Positions 58,409 through 64,000 of a stretch of 64,000 nt of DNA are shown piece after piece (within the stretch, counting starts at the first letter, position 1; each line of letters begins with the position of its first letter). Below the pieces are notes generated by a model, which made no database searches, was not told where the DNA came from, and was given only the letters and a program-made list of their open reading frames with translations. The stretch spans positions 468,680 through 532,679 of the forward strand of contig AP024682.1 of assembly GCA_025999395.1 (NCBI GenBank). The letters run 5' to 3'. The position numbers and the translations under genes are program-made. This DNA is from Candidatus Parcubacteria bacterium (lineage in GTDB: Bacteria > Patescibacteriota > Minisyncoccia > UBA6257 > JAGOQP01).

Positions 58409-59299
58409 TTAGCGCTGAACACTTTCTAGGTAATAAGCAAGAGTCTCAAAAGATGCGTCTCTTTGATCAATCTCCTGAGAAGCTTTTTCCTCAAACAAAG
58501 AAACTCTTCTTCTATAAACTTCTCTTGCTCTTTCTAGGGTTCTTCGATAAAGAGAAATTTCCTCTTCTGGTCGTCTATTTTTTCTTGCATAATCTATCCA
58601 AGCTTCCAACTCTAAGATAATCTCCCTCAAAATTTGAAAATTTAAAAAATGACTCCTTACTCTTTCTTGAAAGGTTGGATTCATTCTTGAAGAAAGCCAG
58701 ATCTGTCCAAAATCTTTTACCGTCGCCGGATCTGCAGCAATGACAACTCGCGGAATTCGAGAAAGTTCCCCTCGAAAATTCATTCTTTGAGAAGAAAAAT
58801 ATTTTACTCGAGCGAAATTTCCCTTCCGCACATCTTCCAAAACTTGACCCAATTTTCCTTCTAACTCTCTACCGGTAGTGACATCAACCGCTAACCCTAA
58901 ATGAGAGTACAAATCCTCCTTCTTTTCCCAAAACTCAACAACCGCATCAACCCCTCCGAAAAAGTCATCATATAAAGAAGTCCCTTTTACTAAAGAATTA
59001 GGGCCAAAAAGCCTATCTTCTTTATTTACCCCTCGCTCGATAATCATTCCCTCAAAGGCGATCCCTAGTTTTAAAACTTCAGCCGGCATTCCGGCATCTA
59101 TTTGTTCAAAATATTTTTTTCTTCTTTCCACCCTTTCTAAATCTTCTCTTACTCTTTCTACACCATACAAATCGACAAAATCTTCCATTTTAATAGAAAG
59201 GCCTTCTCTCCATCTTTTCGCTTCTCGATACAATTGATCTAAAAAAATCCGATCTAGCGTTCTTTCTTCTTCTCGTCGAAAACCTCTAAAGTCACGCAT
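58409..59299 (-). CDS. Hypothetical protein with a possible PD-(D/E)xK-like acidic motif
   Basis: AFEGMI...SLYDDFFGGVDAVVEF...LGLAVDVT; R/E-rich. Confidence 0.65.
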   Translation of the reverse strand: MRDFRGFRREEERTLDRIFLDQLYREAKRWREGLSIKMEDFVDLYGVERVREDLERVERRKKYFEQIDAGMPAEVLKLGIAFEGMIIERGVNKEDRLFGPNSLVKGTSLYDDFFGGVDAVVEFWEKKEDLYSHLGLAVDVTTGRELEGKLGQVLEDVRKGNFARVKYFSSQRMNFRGELSRIPRVVIAADPATVKDFGQIWLSSRMNPTFQERVRSHFLNFQILREIILELEAWIDYARKNRRPEEEISLYRRTLERAREVYRRRVSLFEEKASQEIDQRDASFETLAYYLESVQR

Positions 59300-59315
59300 A
59301 AATGTAGAAATAAAT

Positions 59316-59645
59316 TTACCTCTCATCTCCCTCTCCTGAGATCTTGTTTCTCTCCAGGCGAGAGAAAAGCTTTTCTAAATTAGTTTGAGCAATATCCTCC
59401 AAAGAAATTTCTAATTCTGTCGCCACCTGAGAAAGATACCATAAAACATCACCCAACTCTTTCTTAATCGCTTCTTTGGTTTCTTCGTCTACTACTCCAT
59501 TTTTATCTCGAAAAATTTTTTTTACTTTTTCGGCCACTTCTCCTGACTCTCCTACTAATCCCAAAAGAGGATAAACAAATCCCTTATCAATTACCGGGTA
59601 CTTAGCTGTCTTACGAGATTCTTTTTGATATTCTTCAAAAGTCAT
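59316..59645 (-). CDS. MazG-like nucleotide pyrophosphohydrolase
   Basis: LGLVGESGEVAEKVKK, ELGDVLWY, NLEKLFSR. Confidence 0.9.
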   Translation of the reverse strand: MTFEEYQKESRKTAKYPVIDKGFVYPLLGLVGESGEVAEKVKKIFRDKNGVVDEETKEAIKKELGDVLWYLSQVATELEISLEDIAQTNLEKLFSRLERNKISGEGDER

Positions 59646-59698
59646 AAATAAAAGTTTTAAAATTTAATTGTAAATTAATTAAAATTTTGCCTCAAAAA

Positions 59699-60088
59699 CT
59701 ATTTTCCTTCCGAATCGTTTTTAATTTTTTGAAATAATTTTTTTATGAAGTCTAAAATAGAAAAATTTCCACTATAATCCACCAATCCTCCCTTTTTAAT
59801 CATTTTATCTTCATCTTCTTGAGGAAGAGTGCTACCAGCAAGAAGATGAAATAAAGGATTTTTTCTCACCCTTTCACCAATCTTTGAAAGAAGAAGAGAG
59901 GCAAAATTATTCATCTCCCAGAAAAAGGCTACTCTTTGATCCGGCGAAGATGATTCGTAAAAGTCTTTTACTGCTTTTCTTGCCTCCTCTAAATCTTTTT
60001 GATTAACAACCCTTTCTACTAAATTACCTTCCGAATTCTCTTTTTCAGGGGGGTAGGGATAGTTATTTTTATATCTTCTTTCTGTCAT
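59699..60088 (-). CDS. Hypothetical protein
   Basis: 129 aa ORF just downstream of tRNA-Val; LFHLLAGST motif. Confidence 0.6.
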   Translation of the reverse strand: MTERRYKNNYPYPPEKENSEGNLVERVVNQKDLEEARKAVKDFYESSSPDQRVAFFWEMNNFASLLLSKIGERVRKNPLFHLLAGSTLPQEDEDKMIKKGGLVDYSGNFSILDFIKKLFQKIKNDSEGK

Positions 60089-60118
60089 TATAAATATATA
60101 AGAGTAATTCTAAGTCTG

Positions 60119-60192
60119 TGCGCGTGCCCCGACTCGAACGGGGGACCTTTTGCGTGTCATGCAAACGCTCTAACCAACTGAGCTACACGCGC
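60119..60192 (-). tRNA. tRNA-Val (GAC)
   Basis: GCGCGTG acceptor; TTTGC-ATGACAC-GCAAA anticodon arm. Confidence 0.94.
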
Positions 60193-60208
60193 CTCTAAAG
60201 TGCTTTAG

Positions 60209-60280
60209 TGCGCAAGGGAGGGATCGAACCTCCGACCTCTGTCTTATCAGGACAGCGTTCTACCACTGAACTACTTGCGC
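60209..60280 (-). tRNA. tRNA-Ile (GAU)
   Basis: GCGCAAG acceptor; CTGTC-CTGATAA-GACAG anticodon arm. Confidence 0.94.
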
Positions 60281-60344
60281 TTTTAAAGTTAAACTACAAA
60301 AATTTTACACCTTCTTTCCTTTTCAAGTCAATATAAAAAAATCC

Positions 60345-60581
60345 TTAATTTTTCTCCTCCTCCTGATTCAATAAACCCAAATCTTTTAAGGCTTCGAGAT
60401 TAAATCTTACAAAACTTGATGATCCACTTTTTAACTCTAGCGCAAGATTAACTTTTTTTATCAAGAAACTAATAGAGTTAACGAAAAGAAAGATTAAAAG
60501 GGTAGCCAAAAAAAATCCGATCAAACTAAAATAAATCTCTCTTTTGTTCTTTTTGAAAAAACTAAAATCTATTTTTTTCAT
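60345..60581 (-). CDS. Small single-TM protein downstream of the pilO-like gene
   Basis: 78 aa, one TM helix. Confidence 0.6.
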   Translation of the reverse strand: MKKIDFSFFKKNKREIYFSLIGFFLATLLIFLFVNSISFLIKKVNLALELKSGSSSFVRFNLEALKDLGLLNQEEEKN

Positions 60582-60589
60582 AATTTTTA

Positions 60590-61117
60590 TTAGGAAGAAA
60601 AGAATACCTGACCGTTAATATTTATTCTTAATCTATCAGCCCCTCCATCCATTAAATCAAAAGAACTTATTTTTAAAGAATAATACTTTTCTTCAATTTC
60701 CTTCAAAAAAGCCAAAATCCCCGAAAAACTTCCTTCCAGAGAAGCAACAAAACTCACTGAGCCCAATCCTTTAGCGGAGGGAAGATCCGCTTCTTTTCCA
60801 AAATTAAAGGAAAGATTAACATTTTTTTCTTGAGCTATCTTCTGAAAGTCATTAGAAAGACTTACTAACTTATCTTTTGGCGGAATCAGAAGATTGACTC
60901 TTTCTTTATATTTTTTAGCTGTCTCCCACTCTTTGATTAAAAGAGAAAGGTTTTCAGCCGACTGAGAAAGAGCGGTTTTGCGCCCTTGTAAATCCTGAAT
61001 AACCTCAACCTGATGATTAATATCTAATCGAAAAAGAAAAAAGAAGATCAAAAAAATAACAACTGCCACCCCCACAGCAACAAGATTTTTAATAAGAGTC
61101 TTTTTAAAGTCAAGCAT
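60590..61117 (-). CDS. PilO-like type IV pilus assembly protein
   Basis: TM, coiled coil, LIP, then LEGSFSGILAFLKEIE ferredoxin-like fold pattern. Confidence 0.7.
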   Translation of the reverse strand: MLDFKKTLIKNLVAVGVAVVIFLIFFFLFRLDINHQVEVIQDLQGRKTALSQSAENLSLLIKEWETAKKYKERVNLLIPPKDKLVSLSNDFQKIAQEKNVNLSFNFGKEADLPSAKGLGSVSFVASLEGSFSGILAFLKEIEEKYYSLKISSFDLMDGGADRLRININGQVFFSS

Positions 61118-61176
61118 AACTCAAAAATCCCTTTTGAATTTTTCCTTATTATTTAAGAATTGTATAATAAAAGCCA

Positions 61177-62055
61177 ATGGAAAACAATCCAAAAGAAATC
61201 AAGCTTGTTAGAAAAGAAGATAAAAATTTCCCTTCTTCTCTAAAAAAGATATCCTCTCCCCCTAAAACTCTCTATTTTCAAGGCAAATTTGATCCCGAAG
61301 GAAAGAAGATTATCGCTATTGTAGGAACCAGAAAGCCCTCTCGGGAAGGAGAAAAAATAGCTTATCAGCTTGCTTTTGAGTTGGCTCAAAGAAAAATTAT
61401 AGTTCTTAGTGGTTTGGCTTTTGGAATAGATTGCATCGCTCACCAAGCCGCTCTTGAAGCTGGAGGAATTACTTGGGCAGTGTTAGCTTCTGGTTTGGAT
61501 AAGGTTTATCCTGCCAGTCATAAAAATCTTGCTCAAAAAATAATAGAAAAGGGGGGCTGTTTAATTTCCGAATATCCTTCCGGGGCTTTCCCTCAAACTC
61601 ACTACTTTGTTTTAAGAAATCGCTTAATTAGTGCTTTGGCAGAGGGAGTATTAGTAGTAGAAGCTCCTTTAAAATCGGGAGCTTTAATTACTGCTCATTT
61701 TGCTCTTCAACAAAAAAAGAAGTTAATGGCTGTCCCTGGCTCTCCTTTTTCTCCTAATTCTCAAGGAACTAACCAACTTATTAAAGAAGGCGCTATTTTG
61801 GTAAGAAATGCAGATGATGTTTTAGAAGAACTGAGAATAAAAACCGACACTCAACAGAAAGTTGATCTTGATTCTCTAAATTCTAAAGAAAGAAAAATTA
61901 TAGAGGTTTTAAGAGAAAAAAAGGAGTTAGATGTTGACAATCTCTGTCAACTTACTAAACTAAACTCCCAAGAATTGCTATCAGAATTATCCAAGCTAAT
62001 TATTGAGGGAAAAGTTAAGGAAAATAATCGAGGAAGATACACTCTTTCCTTTTAA
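61177..62055 (+). CDS. dprA: DNA-processing protein DprA
   Basis: IAIVGTR, SGLAFGID, FVLRNRLIS, SGALITA, GTNQLIKEGA, C-terminal winged helix. Confidence 0.96.
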   Translation: MENNPKEIKLVRKEDKNFPSSLKKISSPPKTLYFQGKFDPEGKKIIAIVGTRKPSREGEKIAYQLAFELAQRKIIVLSGLAFGIDCIAHQAALEAGGITWAVLASGLDKVYPASHKNLAQKIIEKGGCLISEYPSGAFPQTHYFVLRNRLISALAEGVLVVEAPLKSGALITAHFALQQKKKLMAVPGSPFSPNSQGTNQLIKEGAILVRNADDVLEELRIKTDTQQKVDLDSLNSKERKIIEVLREKKELDVDNLCQLTKLNSQELLSELSKLIIEGKVKENNRGRYTLSF

Positions 62056-62092
62056 ATTAAGATCAACAAAAACTTAAAAATATTTTATTAAT

Positions 62093-64000
62093 ATGAATCT
62101 TGTAATTGTTGAATCGCCTACCAAGGCTAAAACGATTAGTTCTTTTTTGGATAAAAACTACCTGGTGGTTTCCTCCTACGGACACATTCGCGATCTTCCC
62201 AAAAGCAAACTAGGAATTGATATAGAAAATAACTTTGAGCCTCACTATATTATTCCCCTTAAGGCAAAGAAAAGAGTCAAAGAACTAAAAAAAGTTTCTC
62301 AAAAAGCTAAAAAGATAATTTTAGCGACTGATGAAGATAGAGAGGGAGAAGCCATTGCTTTTCATTTAATGGAGGTTTTAAGCGCTGATTTAAAGAAAAC
62401 AAAAAAGAACAATCAAAAAGAAAGAGATTCTCTTTTTGAGAGAATTGTTTTTCACGAAATTACTCCCCAAGCAATAAAAGAAGCTCTTCTTCATCCTCGC
62501 CAAATAGATTTAAACTTGGTTGACGCTCAACAAGCCAGAAGAATTCTTGATAGATTAGTGGGCTACAGCCTTTCTCCTTTCTTATGGAAAAAGGTAGCCA
62601 AAAGGCTTTCGGCAGGAAGAGTTCAATCGGTAGCTCTAAGATTAATCGTTGAGAGAGAAAGAGAAATAAGAAGCTTTCAGCCACAAGAGTATTGGCTAAT
62701 TGAAGCTATTTTTCTTACTGAAGAAGGAAAGCAGCTGGAATCTTCCTTAATTAAAATAAACAACCAATCAATTGCCGAAGAAAGTATTCGCACTCAAGAA
62801 GAAAGCGAAGAAATTACTAAAGACTTAAAAAAGGCTTCTTTTAAAATCATTTCGGTCAATAAAAAAGAAACCAAAAGAAATCCCCTGCCTCCCTTTATCA
62901 CCAGTACCCTCCAGCAAACCGCTTTCAGCCAACTTAGATTTTCTTCAAAACAAACAATGAGAATTGCTCAATCTCTTTATGAAAAAGGATTAATTACTTA
63001 TATGAGAACTGATTCAGTTAATCTTTCTCAACAATCACTTTTTCAAGCTCAGCAATGGCTAAAAAATAATTTAGGAGAAAAGTATGCTCTCTCTCACTTT
63101 CGACAATTTAAAAACAAATCAAAAAATGCTCAAGAAGCTCACGAAGCTATTCGTCCCACCATTATTGACCTTGTCCCCAAAAGTCTAAGAAAAAAAGAGC
63201 ATCCGGCAAGTAAAAAAATAGAAACCTCTCAAGAAGAAAAACTTTATGAACTAATTTGGAGAAGATTCATTGCTTCGCAGATGCCGGAAGCCATTTTTGA
63301 TTCAACCACCATTGAAATTGAAGGGAAGGGAGAAAAAAAATACCTTTTTAGATGTAGCGGCCTTACTTTAAAATTTGATGGCTTTTTAAAAATTTGGCCC
63401 AAAAAAATTGAAGAAAAGGAAATCCCTCAGGTAAAAGAAAAACAAGCGGTTACTTTAGAAAAAGTTATTCCTAGTCAGCACTTTACTCAACCCCCTCCTC
63501 GGTATAATGAAGCTTCTTTAATTAAAAAATTAGAGGAATTGGGAATTGGACGGCCATCTACTTACGCTCCGATTATTTCGGTTATTCAAGAAAGAAATTA
63601 TGTCATTAAAAATGAACAAAAAGCTTTCCAACCCACCGAAATTGGAGAGAAAGTTAATGATATTTTAGTGGAACATTTCCCAGAGATTGTTGATATCAAC
63701 TTCACTGCCAAAATGGAAGAAGAGTTAGATGAAATTGCTCAAGGAAAACTCAAATGGCAAGAAGTGATTAGAAAATTTTATTTTCCTTTTTCAAAAAATC
63801 TTCAAGAAAAATATCAAAGCGTTCAAAACCAAAACTTTCAAGAAGAAACCGAAGAAAAGTGTGAAAAATGTGGCAAGCCTTTAAAAATAAGATTTTCCCG
63901 CTTTGGAAAGTTTTTGGGTTGCTCTGGATTTCCTGAATGTCAATTTACTAAACCTCTTAACAATAACAATTCTTTTTCTCAATCTTTAGGAAGCTGTCCC
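62093..64000 (+). CDS. topA: DNA topoisomerase I (3' end runs off the window)
   Basis: Manual translation MNLVIVESPTKAKTI...GHIRDLP...ATDEDREGEAIA...SAGRVQS...LITYMRTDS...AQEAHEAIRP...GIGRPSTY, C4 zinc ribbon at the end; follows dprA. Confidence 0.96.
   Translation, partial: MNLVIVESPTKAKTISSFLDKNYLVVSSYGHIRDLPKSKLGIDIENNFEPHYIIPLKAKKRVKELKKVSQKAKKIILATDEDREGEAIAFHLMEVLSADLKKTKKNNQKERDSLFERIVFHEITPQAIKEALLHPRQIDLNLVDAQQARRILDRLVGYSLSPFLWKKVAKRLSAGRVQSVALRLIVEREREIRSFQPQEYWLIEAIFLTEEGKQLESSLIKINNQSIAEESIRTQEESEEITKDLKKASFKIISVNKKETKRNPLPPFITSTLQQTAFSQLRFSSKQTMRIAQSLYEKGLITYMRTDSVNLSQQSLFQAQQWLKNNLGEKYALSHFRQFKNKSKNAQEAHEAIRPTIIDLVPKSLRKKEHPASKKIETSQEEKLYELIWRRFIASQMPEAIFDSTTIEIEGKGEKKYLFRCSGLTLKFDGFLKIWPKKIEEKEIPQVKEKQAVTLEKVIPSQHFTQPPPRYNEASLIKKLEELGIGRPSTYAPIISVIQERNYVIKNEQKAFQPTEIGEKVNDILVEHFPEIVDINFTAKMEEELDEIAQGKLKWQEVIRKFYFPFSKNLQEKYQSVQNQNFQEETEEKCEKCGKPLKIRFSRFGKFLGCSGFPECQFTKPLNNNNSFSQSLGSCP

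Overview
AT-rich (roughly one-third GC), gene-dense chromosomal window from a Patescibacteria/CPR bacterium, most likely Parcubacteria. The assignment rests on 16S signatures, rplK without rplA, a type IV pilus cluster and lectin-tipped pilins. It carries replication and translation housekeeping genes (rpsP, smc, rnc, nusB, rpmF, frameshifted rnhB, dnaE, thrS, miaA, gatB, tmk, rplK-nusG-secE, gyrB, rpmE, prfA, rplY, pheS, rplS, dprA, topA) and nine tRNAs. It also has a stand-alone 16S rRNA gene, a type IV pilus locus with dispersed LamG/CBM-tipped pilins, a pentose-phosphate/glycolysis operon and several secreted surface proteins. No CRISPR array, transposase, integrase or reverse transcriptase is visible. 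The most striking signal is in the translation machinery. The 16S rRNA has lost its anti-Shine-Dalgarno tail and has an expanded helix 40. Its helix-26 loop (UAUCGACC) is complementary to a GGTCG motif found 38-74 nt upstream of several start codons in otherwise A/T-only leaders, with a 9/9 match for the major pilin. This is a candidate alternative ribosome-recruitment system and is inference only. Other reduced or unusual parts are an RF1 lacking domain 1, a monomeric mitochondrial-type PheRS, a hinge-less SMC, and an ITPase whose ATG directly abuts the CCA of tRNA-Phe.
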